Part shown: in pieces, positions 14,787 through 28,608 of the stretch
Layout: each line of letters starts with the position of its first letter
How positions within the stretch are numbered: position 1 is the first letter of the stretch
Assembly: GCA_964304625.1 (NCBI GenBank)
Contig: OZ199838.1
Span: 14,448,261 to 14,512,260, forward strand
DNA: 64,000 nucleotides
Reading direction: 5' to 3'
Origin: Kudoa neothunni
Taxonomy: Eukaryota > Animalia > Cnidaria
Made by a program: the position numbers and the translations under genes
The notes under the pieces: model-generated
Databases searched by the model: none
Told to the model about the DNA's origin: nothing
What the model saw: only the letters and a program-made list of their open reading frames with translations

Positions 14787-17700
14787 TTAACGCTGCCTAT
14801 CCGAGGTGGGGCACTCAGCGAACCCAAAAGACGCATTTTGTTCGTAATTCATAGAAAACTAAATTATTTTCTCTATAATTTTCTGAATGTCCCTTTGATG
14901 TTTTAAGGCTTCCTTTTAAACAATAAGTTTTCGATTTTTTTAGGGTAAAATTTTTGCGTCGCAAAATGGCACATTTTCAAAAATTTATGTGAACGTTCGA
15001 ATGTCGCCGTCTAATTTTGATATATTGTTTATTTAATTATTTTTAATAGTTTAAAATTAATTATATCATTATCAGAAATGGTAAAATTTTCCTGCAGTAA
15101 GATTGTCTGGAGATTTACATAAGTTAATCTTCCGCCAGTGGAGAACTTTTTGTTACTGTTTAATACTACTTAAGCAAATTATTATGTTTCAATTATGATA
15201 ATTTTCTTTTATAATAAATATTAGTATTGTGCTAAAAAATTGTGTCTGAGAAGATTCATCAAGCGGCGACGATGTTTCAGAATATGACTTTTCTGAGTCC
15301 GATGACACCTCATCTGATGATTTTATCGAAGGCATAAGTAATGAAGGTGAGACTGAAGAATTTTCAGATGACCTAGACTCTATTCCTATCAATGAAAATC
15401 CTGATGTGCTAATTTCTCTATTTGGTTTGAGTGGAATTAACACCACGATTATGAACAAGAGAACGTTCCCATAGTATGATTTCTCAACCTTCAATAGATT
15501 GTTTAAATAATGCTGCCAGTTTTGAAACAATAGCTGATGCATTTGGACTATTTATTTCAAATGATATCCTTGCAGAGTTAATCGAATGTGCAAATCAATA
15601 ACGCCAACGATACAAAAGTTTGTTCGAAGGAGAGGTTTTAATTGATGAACTAAAAGACATTATGGGGGTTTTGCTTACTTCAGATCGGGCAAAAGGCTAA
15701 TGCATAAGTCTCAGAAGTGTATGGGATATCGAATCCTTATTCAAACTATTTTTATAATTCTTCAGCGATCTCTAGAGATCGTTTCAATCGCATTTGCCAA
15801 TTCTTATGATTTGATGATAAAGCTACTAAACAAGCACGAAAACAGATGTCGAATGATAATTTTGAGGGAGATGTTCTTTCAAAGTATATACGGAGAGTAA
15901 GCCAGGTAGTTACGGCATCAAATTGTGAGCCGCCACGGATGTTGAAACACCATATCGCTTTAACATTCAACCATTTACTGATGAGTTTGATGACATTAGA
16001 AATATAAACCAAGGAGCCTGGGTAATGAAAGGTCTCGTTTCTCCGTTTTATGACACCCACCGAGGTGTTACAACGGACAATTTTTACACTCCTGTTCTTC
16101 TTGATCAGGAACTCTTGTGCAATTTCTTAATTCTGACGGGAACTATGAGCATAAACAAAAGAGAAATTCCAAATTATTTTCTCAAGTCATGGAAACGTGA
16201 TGTTTTTCATACATTTTTGGTTTTAATGGGGATCTTACATTGTTGTTGTACGTGCCAAAAAAAACTACGCCGTAAACCTCTTGTCTAGTCAACACCATGA
16301 TAATTCAGATAACTCAATCCATGCCGAAGACTGAAAGGGGTCCAACATCATCATGCACCACAACAAAACTAAGGGTGGTGCTGATATGGCTAACAAAATG
16401 ACCGCCCAATATTCCTGCAGCAGATATACGAGGAGATGGCCATTAAAATTTTTTTATGGACATGCTCGATATAGCTTGCTTAAATTCCTATATTTTATGG
16501 ATCAAAAAATCTCCTGAGTGACAACAATCAAGTAGAAGTCGAAAAGAATGTTTTGTACGGCAGTTATCCATTGAATTAGCACGAGAACATGTACCACGGC
16601 GTCCAAATAACCAAGAAAGATTGCCAATTTATATTAAGCATGGATTTTGTCTATTTCATGAAAATACCAACAATGATTCTTCTTCACTCGAATCGAGTTC
16701 TTCGCAACAATTAAGTAGGAAACAATGTTTTTTTGTCCAAGAAACCAAGACAGAACATCACAGATATTGTTTTAATTGCCAAAAATTTGTTTGCGCCAAA
16801 CATAGATAACATAGGAACGTTATTTATGTTCTCAGCCTTGTGTGAATATAATGGCTTCATCAATATACCCAGTAAAACATTGATGCTGATTTTTTTAAAT
16901 ATAATACATAATAATTAATCTTTGCATCACATTATTTTTTTAATTTTGATTATTGATATCGCATTTTGACTTAACCTACGCTTAATGCGCTGATTAAATC
17001 CAAAATAAACCTTAAACGCCTGAATCGATAATCGATAATTGGTGTAGTTTAAAGTGTTCAAAAACTACATGACTTTGACCCATACAATGATTTCAGGAAA
17101 TAAGTGAATAAATGAAGTAACGTTTTATTCTCTAAACGTAAACTATATGGGGGTTGAAATAATTTTTTAAATTATACGTGGAAATAAATCTTTCAATATT
17201 TTTATATACATATTTAAACCTCTCATTTAAAAAGTTTGGACGTTTCATATTTTTTAAGAATTAAGGTCACCCGCAAAAGAATTTTTGATAGGAAAATATC
17301 AATTATGATGAACAATTAATTGCCTGTAATGTTTATTGTAATTTAAATAATAAAAATTTTGTCTTTCGGATGTTCATTTGAATGATTAATTAATAAAAGG
17401 ATATATAAACGGTAAAAAAATTTGAATCAATCTCAAAAAAAGGTAGTTAAAGAACACAACGATTGAAACACGTAATTTCCTGACATTACACTTACTCAAA
17501 CTAATTTTTTCATTCGTAATATTGTTGAGGTTTCGTGCGCAAACCAAAAATAAAACTATTACGTTTCGTTTTTCAAGTATATACAAAGATCAAAATTTAA
17601 AAAGCGGAAATAAACTCGACTGAGAAATGGAAGCTTAGAGCTCACATAAATTGAATTATATTGTCAGTACATAATCAAAAATCGTGTAAATTTTAAAATG

Positions 17701-18149
17701 AAACAGATTATGACCGAAAAATTCAGCGAGCCAAGAAAACACAAAATCCTGCGCCATTGGGATCCAAAAACCGCTTATACTATACCGACCACAACTGGAA
17801 GTCGCGTTTCGATGTGTGGTTTGTTGTTGGTAGCATATATCATGCTAAACTTTTTTTAAAAAAGTTTTCTGATTAGAGAATGAATTATGCCTACAACGCA
17901 ATCACCGTTGCCTAAATGTTACCGATTTAAATCAATTCTTTTCATTTTGTGTACAAAATGATGCGGCTAAGAAACAATGGCATTTTTTGTAATGAAGGAA
18001 ATAAAAATTCAATTCAAATTTTGTTTTTATTAACTTAAAACTATATAATACATTAATTGATAATGATTCAAGCACAATAAAATTTAATTAACATTGATTT
18101 CTTCGGTGGTCGCTGAGTGCTCCACCTCGGCACGTCGGCACGGGGGTAA
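14787..18149 (+). mobile_element. Degraded full-length piggyBac element
   Basis: TIRs ccgaggtggggcactcagcga (about 14801) and tcgctgagtgctccacctcgg (about 18110). Acidic N-terminus at about 15240-15400, then RGVTTDNFYT, HNKTKGGADM..RRWP and a C-terminal CFNCQKFVCAKH zinc finger. Many stops. Confidence 0.9.
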
Positions 18150-19873
18150 TTTTTTTCACTCAATACAGGGAAGGTCAAATGAAATACTTCTTTTTATCTT
18201 TATGAAAATAGTATTAAATGTTGTTTTAAGCTTATACGGAATTTTGGTAGACGAATTTTTTTTACCGTGCTATCTCAAACAATTCAAATAAATAATATAT
18301 AATTTTTTCGAGTATGTATAAATATATTGGTTATCATATGGTTGAAAAATAAGTAAAAATTATGGTTTTTAAATTAGAGTGAATCTTCATTATAATATGA
18401 GATTTGGCATATATGCGCATACGTATGTGTAATATTGGCTTTTTTAAACGTTAAAGTAAGTTTATTTTTACTCAGTTTACTCTTTTATTAAAAAATATCA
18501 ATAAACCAAATATTAATTAGAATTGATTAAAATTCTGTTTCGGTATACTTTATAGATAGTCACATATTTAACTTTAATATAAAATATCCCCTTGTTTATA
18601 TAACAAAAGGGGGTGATATAGACGTTATTTGTCGATCAATTCTGGTAATGCACCATGAACTTTCCAATGAGCTTTATAAAGTATACAAATTTTAAGCATA
18701 TTGTCATCACGTAAATAAAACTAGTTCTCATTATTTTAGCGTAATCGCGTAACTAACTGAAATTAAATTATCAAACTAGCTTTTATTTTCAATGGCAGTT
18801 ACGAAATGATATATTACGTAAACTAGATAAAAGTAGGGGTTGTTAAAATTAAGGATTACCATTTACCCATTTGTGTATTACATTTAGAATAACGCTGCCC
18901 AAATAAAATAAAACTTACACGCCCCCTGGTTGATAAATTTAATTTCGCATTTAATTTTTAAATACACTTGTCTCAATTGAAGTAATCTAATCTCTTAAAG
19001 ATTGGGCATAATTAACTTATTTTTAATAGCAGATCTTACCGCCAATTAGTTTCCATCAATTATTCTTGTATAATAACCTACTTTAATTAAGTTATAGCTT
19101 GAAGAATTGTAGAAAACTTTGTTGTGAAATATTTTTACACAAAATATTACTATTAGATATTTTATATTGCCGCCATTACATCATAGTTTGTATTTTTTAA
19201 TAATATATTTAAACTTAAAGTATTCACAAAAATGCCTAAATAATTAATCGAGAAAAGTAATTTTTAACTAATTTATACATATGAACTACTTAAGGGCAAA
19301 ACGCTGAATTAATTATCTAAATTTCTCATGTATTGAGATTGTATCAGAGGAGATTCTTTAATCATTATTTAGAAGGTGCTGATTTTGTGTATTATAAAAA
19401 TAGCTCAAAACAATTTTTGCCGCTGAATTCTCCTCACTCTATTTCTAGAAATAAAGATGACAGAAATGTATTCCCTATCTCAGTTTAAATTTGAATTTAA
19501 TTACTTGATCCAATATAGACTTTATTTTAGCTAGCAACTTTATTGGGGCAAATAAGATTACATTAAAATAAGTAATGGAAATCAATTTAAATTATAGGAT
19601 GACAGAGGCATTGATAAACTTTAAAATCCTATTTTACATATTCTCATATTTTGCAAGTTAAACGCTCTATGCATGCATGATTTATGTGATTCATTAAACA
19701 TTTAAATCTACGATTTTTGCTTTGTATTTCTGTTAAATAAACATATTTTATACTGCGTTGATTATAAAGCGAGAGAGATGGAACGACTATTGTAGGGATT
19801 GAATATATACAATACAATACAATCTATAGAAAACTCCATTGTTAAACCAAGACCTATAATTGTCTATGCCGAA

Positions 19874-20513
19874 TCAATCATCAGAGATCGACGATCGGAA
19901 TGTAGAAACTGTTTGATAGTTAGCAGAAAGTGGTTGTAACTAAATAAATCAATAAAATGATGTCATTATCCGCGAAAATTTACTTTTCCGCTCATCAATC
20001 GAAATGCAGAAAGCATTTGTGCCTCGAACGGTTCAAAATTTGCTTTCGAAGTCTCACCTTCCAAACCAATGCTTAAAAGAGATAGCCTTGTGTTAATAGT
20101 GTGAGGAGAGATATGCTGCATTGCAGATACTGATATAATATAAAAACATTATTCGGAATGTGAAACACTCCAACGACATACTTTTATCACTTCCTATGTA
20201 TTTGATAAGAGACTTTTCGGTTTTAATTTCTGGATAGTAATATTTAGGTAGAGACTCCATATTCTGAATATCAGTGTCAGTATCTGTGAATGAGTTTGAT
20301 ATCAAACGATAAATATCATTCTTATGGATGTTTATTTCTTTCAACAATGCGAACGTACTTTTCAGCACATCCTTTGCTTGAATATCTACAAGCAATGGTA
20401 TGAGTTTAATAATTGCTATTTGAAGAAAAGTGATGATTGTTGGTGGGTTATAATACGACAAATATACCCTCACTATTATTGTTTTCAGTAGGGAAAAAGT
20501 AAAAGTCTGGCAT
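19874..20513 (-). CDS. Small four-exon hypothetical protein (about 160 aa); N-terminus weakly resembles the WASH/SCAR homology helix
   Basis: Splices cleanly with three GT-AG introns: MPDFYFFPTENNN|TIIKLIPLLVDIQAKDVLKSTFALLKEINIHKNDIYRLISNSF..GSDK|ISAMQHISPH..LMSGK|LQPLSANYQTVSTFRSSISDD*. Confidence 0.65.
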
Positions 20514-20587
20514 TGTTTGCGCGCGCACGTCGCACAAATGTTATATCAGTCGCTATTTTTTATCTTAAGCTTTCACCCCGACTATGA

Positions 20588-21124
20588 ATGAGAAATATAA
20601 AATTTATCATTATTAAATGTATAAAAAATGCTGTAATTAAGAAAATTTGTATGATGATTATTCAAATGACATGCGCAGCTAATTTAAAAGAATTGCGGAC
20701 GAAATGGGTTTCCACGAGGGTGCGTTGGTGGTGCCCAAAACTCTTATTTTGTCCACAATTGCATTATCCACATTAGTATTCATAAACAAGCATGATCAGC
20801 TTGAGGACTATGCCAATGTTAGTAAACCAGAGATGATTGTTGTAGGGTTGCTTTAAAATTTTCTTTTAATAGAACCAAGAAATTGATAATGTTAGCGTTT
20901 ATTATGATATCAGATCGGATCCATACAGAAAACTCATGCTCACCTACTCCAATAGCTACAGTATGATGAAAGGAGGTTTTATTCCTAGTGAGTTGAGGTC
21001 CGCTGAAGCTACCACTTTCGGACATTACCAAATCAAGCGTTTCCGCGAAGGATTGATGGTTCGCGAGACTCGTTACTCCTACAAAGTTAAAAATTTAGCT
21101 AATGAATATTTTCTTATTTTGTAA
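20588..21124 (+). CDS. Hypothetical multi-exon protein, divergently transcribed from 19874-20513
   Basis: Exon-like segments ..RIADEMGFHE|VFINKHDQLEDYANVSKPEMI|NQEIDNVSVYYDIRSDPYRKLMLTY..RETRYSYK joined by short introns. The start and one frame junction (about 20685) are unresolved. Confidence 0.5.
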
Positions 21125-22133
21125 CTTTTGTGCGAGTGTGTTTGTTATTATTTGCTGGTGAAATAGTTTATTTTAATTTTACAATGTGATTGTGCTACTG
21201 AATTCTCTGTCGTTAATAAATCTTTTGCGAGTTTTCATTGTGTATTTTTATTCGAAAAATTCATTGCATTTTTTAAGTTTATCCACTCGAAGCGATTCGA
21301 GGTTATTAAGATTTTCCAGCGTCGATGTGAGGTAGAATTAGAATAAAAATGGGGTGATTGGTTTAACGATTTGATGATTATTTTTTATTTTAATTTATTA
21401 TTGGAATAAATGATAGATTTGATTATATATAATAAATTTTATGATAAAATATCTTAATTCGGCGCGTCCCTTCGGCAGGGTTTTAGAAAACTTTGGGGGT
21501 AGAAATTTCAGAACATTAATAGATAATATTAAGGGAGTGTAAGTAACAATAGCGCAAAATTTTATAGCTTGGAACATTTGAAACTCATTATCTTCTACAT
21601 TTTTCATAGCTTTTGTTTTCGTGCAATTATTCATATATAAAATTAAAATAGAAGAGAAAATTTTGCATAAAATAATATATGCCAACATTTAAATTCATCA
21701 TAATGAATCCAATATCCAATACAATCAGAATAATTCTAATGATAGTTTTATTTCGTGATATATCAATATTTCTTTTTTTGCTCCTTCACTTAATTGTTAA
21801 TTTTATTCTTTAATATTCTTTATTCCCATTGCTAAAAAACTTTTTGAAATTTCACCAATTAGTTAACTAGAGTTTTCAAATGTTTGGGAAAATACTATTT
21901 AGCGTAATATCCTAAGTTACATTGTGTTGAAACCATCCAGTTAAATATCGTACACATTAAATAAAAAATTAAAATTGAACATTAACTCTTAAGAGGAGAC
22001 GGGGTATTTTAGGAACCCCAATTATTTTATTTGTCGAAATTTCTATTTTCACCTTTTTATTTTCTCTATTACTTTCCATGTAATCTTTTAATATCAAATA
22101 AACTTTAAAACAAACTAACAAAAAATTTTGACC

Positions 22134-23030
22134 TTAACCTTCTAAATAAAATGGGGTAGATTTCTATCCTAAGTGAATTTTTGCCAACAATATTATAGAG
22201 TATAAATGGAACATAACTCCTCCCAAATTTTTTTTGTCTTTTACCTTTATAAAAACTTTCAGAAGAATAGGTTTAAAATTTTTTTTGTCATAAAAAAAGT
22301 CAATGTAAAAAACACTTTCCGAATAAAATTAATTAAAATATTGATACATGTGATTTTTAAAAATTTACGGAAATTCGATCGAGCAAATAATGAATAAATA
22401 ACGAAACACTATACATGCGAAGCCAGTACGCACGCGCCGCGTAGATATAATCAAGTTGTTCTCTCCAGAATACAGCGATAACTCCTCATTCTCTCATTAT
22501 TTTTATACCAGTTATTCAAAAAACGATTACTTTCCATCAGATTGCTTATTTCTATGTTATAATGAGCATTAAAAAACAAATGATATAATTATTCATTAAT
22601 TTGACAATTTTTGTGTTTTAGAAAGAGTTTATAAACATACATGATAACTTGTTTGTGAGTTACGCATTATTTTCCATCATTTTGTGTTTATTTACGCAGT
22701 ATTACACTACGTAGTTTAAAATAAGAAAAATTAATTGGCAGCTGTCATAAAACTTGAATTAAATGTTAAAACTAAAAACACGCAGAAAGAAACCTATAAA
22801 TACAATCATACCCCATAGAAATGTAACAACATTAATGTATGCGCATGCGTAAATTGAATATAACTTTAATAATTGATCATTTATTCAAAATTTACTCGAG
22901 GAAGTTTCCTCATATTTTGTCAGTCAATGCTGAATTTTATTTGAGACAATCTGATCAAATAAAAAAGTAAGGTAGCTTTTTACCCCATTTTGTTTAGAGG
23001 GTGTAAATTTTTCAGCTACTTAGAAGGTTA
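22134..23030. mobile_element. piggyBac-type non-autonomous element, copy A
   Basis: TTAA-CCTTCTAA ... TTAGAAGG-TTA ends with subterminal ggggtag/taccccatttt repeats. Closely similar copy at 31665-32509. Confidence 0.88.
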
Positions 23031-24735
23031 CGGACATAAAATAATAAAGTACTCTTTCAAATCGATCCAATATTATTTGATGATTCGAGGTCTTTGAATC
23101 TCTTATATTGATGATTTATTTAATTTAACTAAACATTAATAATTAGAAATTAGCTTTTACTCAAATAAGAGGAATAAGAGTTTGACTTAGTTATGTTTTT
23201 ATTTTCTACAGGAAGAATCTGACAAGCTTGGAGATTATCCTGGTATTATTGTAAGACACTAGCGCTTTTTGTGATTTATTAATTTTAAAAGTAAAGGTCG
23301 TTTAATATTTAATTTTCTTCCAAAATGGTTTTTCTTTTTACATCAGCCTTAATTTTTATCATAGAATAAAAATTATAACAGAAAAGGTTGTTGTTTGAAA
23401 GGAAGGAAGTATTCCTACGATTTAATATCACGATCGCAAAATTAGATAAACGAAAATTTCCGTGTATCTTTGTTGTGACGGTTTTGTCGGTTGTTCCTTT
23501 CAGATGATAAATTCACTTGAAAATCAATGTTGAGTTTCCCAATAATTAGTTAATAGCTTATACGAACATAACCTATATTTTTGAGGAATTGTTTGTTTAT
23601 TCTCACTTTTTTCTTAAAGTGATGGCTAAGAATTGCTTGAATTTTTTTCCTAACCGGTTAAATATTTTTACATTTGGGATGGTTATTTTGTTGAATTAAA
23701 TGATAACCACATAAAAATAACTTTTATCCAAGGGGAAAAATTAAATTGAAAATCCTCGGGGTGCCTTAGGCACCTGCGTAAATTTTTTTAGCTCTGTCTT
23801 CCGAGTTTTAAATTGATTAAAATAATGATCAAAGTATGGTCCACATAATAATTAGAGAAATTTTATGGATATCCCTTAAATAAGTTAAAATATGATTTGT
23901 TTTCATTGAATTTTTTAATTATTCCTCAATACTTAAAAAATTAGGTTATCAATATAAGTTTATACCTGTATATGATATAAAATACGATTATTAAGTAATG
24001 TTTGCTAAAAAATTCTTATTAAAAGATTAATGTGTTTTTTTGTCTAACAACAATATATTTTTTGAAACAAATTTAACATTGCCGCTTAAAATTGTATACG
24101 GTGGAATTCTAAAAATTAAATGCATATTACTAACATTTTAGATCAAACAACATGATATAAAATGTTTTAACTTGTAGATCTTAATTGAGAATTTTATTAA
24201 TTCTGTTAAGTTTATTACTATATCATTAATTTTTTCTATTAATGATAATTATAATGTTCAACAGTTACATTCGTTAAATCTCAAAATTTGGGGTCGTTTT
24301 CGTTATCACTATTCAAATTTTTGAATATAGTGGAGCTTGAAAAACAAGATTGGTTAACAATGTCTAATCATATTTTTTCTATTGAACTGTATAATTCAAA
24401 GACAAAGTGTGAGTTGTTCGGACCGCTAAGATCATTATTCCATATCAGTGATAATTAATTTAAGAATATTCTAAAAATTTAGCCAGATCTGTAACCCATA
24501 AATAAGAGTTGGGATAATTATGAACAGAGGTGGCAAAGGTATATATAACATCGAAGAAATAACTTATGTTTCCTGAATGAGTGGACAGAAATAAGCCACA
24601 AGTAAAAAACAGAATAAATATAAAAATCGATTCGTGCTATTTTATTTTTGAATACTCAAAATAGTGTGCCATTTTAATAATTTATTCATCATAAATTTTT
24701 GGAACATTCACGAAAAAAAAGAAAGAAACTTTATT

Positions 24736-25891
24736 TAACCCTCTAATAAATTTTGGGGAAATTCTTACCGCAATAAGAAGTTATTGGATGTATACGTGAT
24801 TTGTTTGCTCTTCATGGGATGCGAGTTTTTTTCCTAATCTTCCAACCGGTAAGCAATATATGATTTTAAAATATTATGACTAAAAATATAAAATCAGAAG
24901 AATTATAGCAAGTTTACACCAATGAATTTTTGGTGTAAAAATTATCCCAGATATTTTTACATTAATTGATAGATAAAATAATAATTAATGCATAAATCAA
25001 ATTTTGGGTTTATCTTATGGATAAATTTGAAATTAAATGATTATTACCCATATGAATGTTCACGTGACTGACCTTTTAATCTTAAAATTGCGATAATTGC
25101 GATGGATTTCCCCGATAATGATTAAAATGATGATTAAAGTTCTTTTAAAGTGATTATGAATATTTTAAAACCGATATGTCGGGAGAATCTTACGATATTG
25201 ATACTGAGAATTCGGGTCAATCCACAATCAATAATCACGATCTATGGTGGTGTTTTTCCGATTAATGGATTTATTATTAATAAATGTGTTTCATTTACAA
25301 AAAAACTTGTGAAATAATATGGTTATGAGAAAGTTTTTGAAAATATGGAAAAATTAATATATCATTCCACTAATGGAAAGAGTCCTTGGAGCCCAAAATT
25401 CTAAGAGTTGGACCTTACCTATTCTGCTATAACTCGCCACAACAGATAAATGAACAATATTTTCAAGATTTGAATGTTTACAGCAGATTAATAATAAATC
25501 CACTACTGCTTGTTTCAGATACATGAAATTGTCGCAAAACTCATACTGAATGATTGCGAATCTTATTCTCACGTAAATATTCTATTTTGTTGCCCGAATA
25601 ATAATTAAAATATTGATTACGTAATATAAATGTGAAGTCTACTCAAATATTAAGCTTTAATCAAAAATAGTCATAGCGGATTTTGATGAATACAATTTTC
25701 GTAGGATTATGAGAATTACTGCTCGAGATGTTAATTATTTTTCAGCTGAATCTAGTCATGGGATAATGTCTATTTTTATTTTATGAAATCAAATATTTTT
25801 TATGGTTCGAATGGAGAAATAAAAAACTGGGGTAATTTTTTCCTCAAACTTCATCGGATGGCAATTTATTTTTAGTACATTAGAGTGTTAA
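24736..25891. mobile_element. piggyBac-type non-autonomous element
   Basis: TTAA-CCCTCTAAT ... ATTAGAGTG-TTAA ends with ggggtaattttttcctcaa subterminal motifs. The right-hand ~240 bp recurs inverted at 45870-46110. Confidence 0.75.
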
Positions 25892-26564
25892 TATCAATTT
25901 TTCTACTTAATTTAAATAAATTAACTCTAAAATAAGTGTGAAAACCTAATTGGCTCATAGAGATATATAGTAGAAAAGTTAGCTGAATAGAATAATTATA
26001 TTTTGTAATTTAAAAGTCACTTAAAGATCTGATCTATACACACAAAAAATTCTTTCTCCGTTTGTGTATTTAATCCTCCCCGTATAACTTCCGAAACAAA
26101 ACGCGTGTGCCTGACTGGGATATTTCTTGACCCCAGACGAAATATGATTTAAGTTAGTTCAATTTATTTCAATTTTATATATTGTAAACAATACGTCTAG
26201 TATAACAATTCCATAGAAAACGCGCCCACGGATTGCTGTTTCTGGAGTTATTTACGTGAATTTATTTATCAGCAACATTATTGGCATAATGTAAAACTAA
26301 AAGCCTAAAACTACATTTTACATTCCTTAAACAATCAATAATGTTGATTTCATCATCAAAATGGCCCATAACCTAGGATGAATGAACATTTACGCAGCAA
26401 TAAACTCCAGATACATCCTTTAATGCTTGGACATTTCCCCAGTAATAGTCGGTGATACAATAAAATTTAGGATTAGTGATATTATCAAGTCAATCGATAT
26501 TCTATGAAACAATAAAGCATATAATATTTCATTATAGTATTTATTTTCAGATGGGTGTAATGAA

Positions 26565-26638
26565 TGGCCGTGGGCGGGGTTCAAACCTGCGAGCCATAGC
26601 TTAAAAGGTGGTGGCGCCATTCCGCTGTGTTGACGGTC
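26565..26638 (-). pseudogene. Degenerate tRNA-like sequence within a possible solo-LTR-like stretch
   Basis: Minus strand GACCGTC...GCAGG-TTTGAAC-CCCGC-CCACGGCC resembles a T-arm/B-box and an imperfect acceptor stem. D and anticodon arms are broken. Confidence 0.35.
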
Positions 26639-28608
26639 GCGCATTAGTTCACTTTGGTTACAACTCTTATACTAGCAATTAAAGAGTTTTCTCAATCTTT
26701 AAATTGTTATAAGTGTTATATGTAGTGTATTAATCTTATATTGTTGTCCAACTCTTATAAAAAGAGTTATTATTATTTCTCGTTGTTCCGATTATAAATT
26801 GTAATCTATGGCGTGTTCACCTCATTCTTTGGCTGAAGTTAACAATAAGGACTCATATTAAAATCCAAGAAAAACAAAAACTTAAAAAATTTTGTTACTC
26901 CAATATGCATGCGAAACGAAAACAAATGGAATAATTAATTGAATTATCGTTAATCTATTGTGGATTATATTCAAAAATAAATACTGCTTTTCGCGGTTCT
27001 CGTTTTGGTTTGATCTAAAATTTTGATGTTGATGAGAGAAACTCATATTTATAATAAATATATGAGGTTTAGAAAATAATAGAACAAATATTAAATGTAA
27101 TTTGAGAAACTGTCTTATTTAATGCATAAATCTCTAGCCGATAAATTACGAATTTTATTTTCAGATATAAGCGCATTTAATATAAGGACATGAGAAATTT
27201 CAACGTAAATAACCAAATTACATCAATGTAGAAACAAAATAGTCAATTTGGGATCTTGAAATACCTCAGTCAGTACCGGCAGGGTTAAAGCCACTGAGTA
27301 CGCATGTGTGCTATAATTTTCTCCGATAAAAACATATTGATAAATGATTAAAAGATTAAGTTGCTCAAAAAATTTGTTAGTTTTTATAAATACTTTAAAA
27401 TTAATCAAATTATTAAATAATGACCATTAAAAAAATTTAAAATTTATGGACGATATACACGACTTCAATAATGGGATTAAAATTCGTTCATTTGAGAATA
27501 ATGGTTCACTGAAGTTAACATTCAAATATTGTGTTAAAATCATTTTTTAATTTGACTATATCATCATTTTATATTGCGTAATCTTACGTGTGTGCAGATG
27601 TTAATTTGGATGGTATATTAATTTGCTATATCGCTTCAAAGCAATTTAATCCATACAATAAAAATTATCGTAAGTTTATACGTAGCCATATAGGTTTTAT
27701 TATTTTCTATGAAAAAAAAATGTCATTAAATTTCACTAATCATATTTTTAAAGGATAAAATTAAAAAACATTTTGCTTTAATCTTTTCTCCTATAAAATA
27801 AAACATTTTTTGAAAAGATTCTTCAATTCAGAATATGCCCAATTTTGACGAAACTGGAAAACTCACGCTGTTATCTATTTAAAAAAATACTTTATAACAA
27901 ATTTTCTCCACCAAACTAAGTCATTCTTGTTTATTTTCGAGATGTTTGCGTTATAACAGTTGTTTTTGATTTGGCTTCAAGATCAAATGTGAAATGCATC
28001 TCACCACACATAAGATGACACTCTGATTCAATCAGAAAAACACTTTACTAACATAATTGCATTTATATAGTAGAGATCGAATTGATGTTATTACCAGCAG
28101 AAAATAGTTGAGAATATACTAGTCATAAAATTCATTTCTCAAAATTTTATTTTATGTAAATGTATAAACAAATATAAGAACGAACACAATTTCGAATCGT
28201 AATCGGAGAACCAGATAAGTTGGAGTAGATTCAGAGATATTTTTATTGACTCGTCGTAATTTGCATATGATTGATATAACTATAAATTGTTTCAAATGAT
28301 TTCATTGATTTTTAAAACAGATAATAAAGTTAAACTATGGAATTTATTTTTAATATACGATGATTTGCGGAATAAATAATTGTGTGGATTAAAAGGAAGA
28401 ATTAATTTATAAAATAATCGGTCTGAAAATGATCCATGGTTATTAGAAATAGAAAAATTAAATTAATTCCAAATCTAGTCTATTGGTAGTATTTAATCAA
28501 ATCTTATAGTATCTATACCAACGTCACGCAATTAAATTGCAATATAGAAAATATTCTCCCCACGGAGTATGAATAACTCACAGCGAAAATTATTTCTCCG
28601 AAGGAAAA

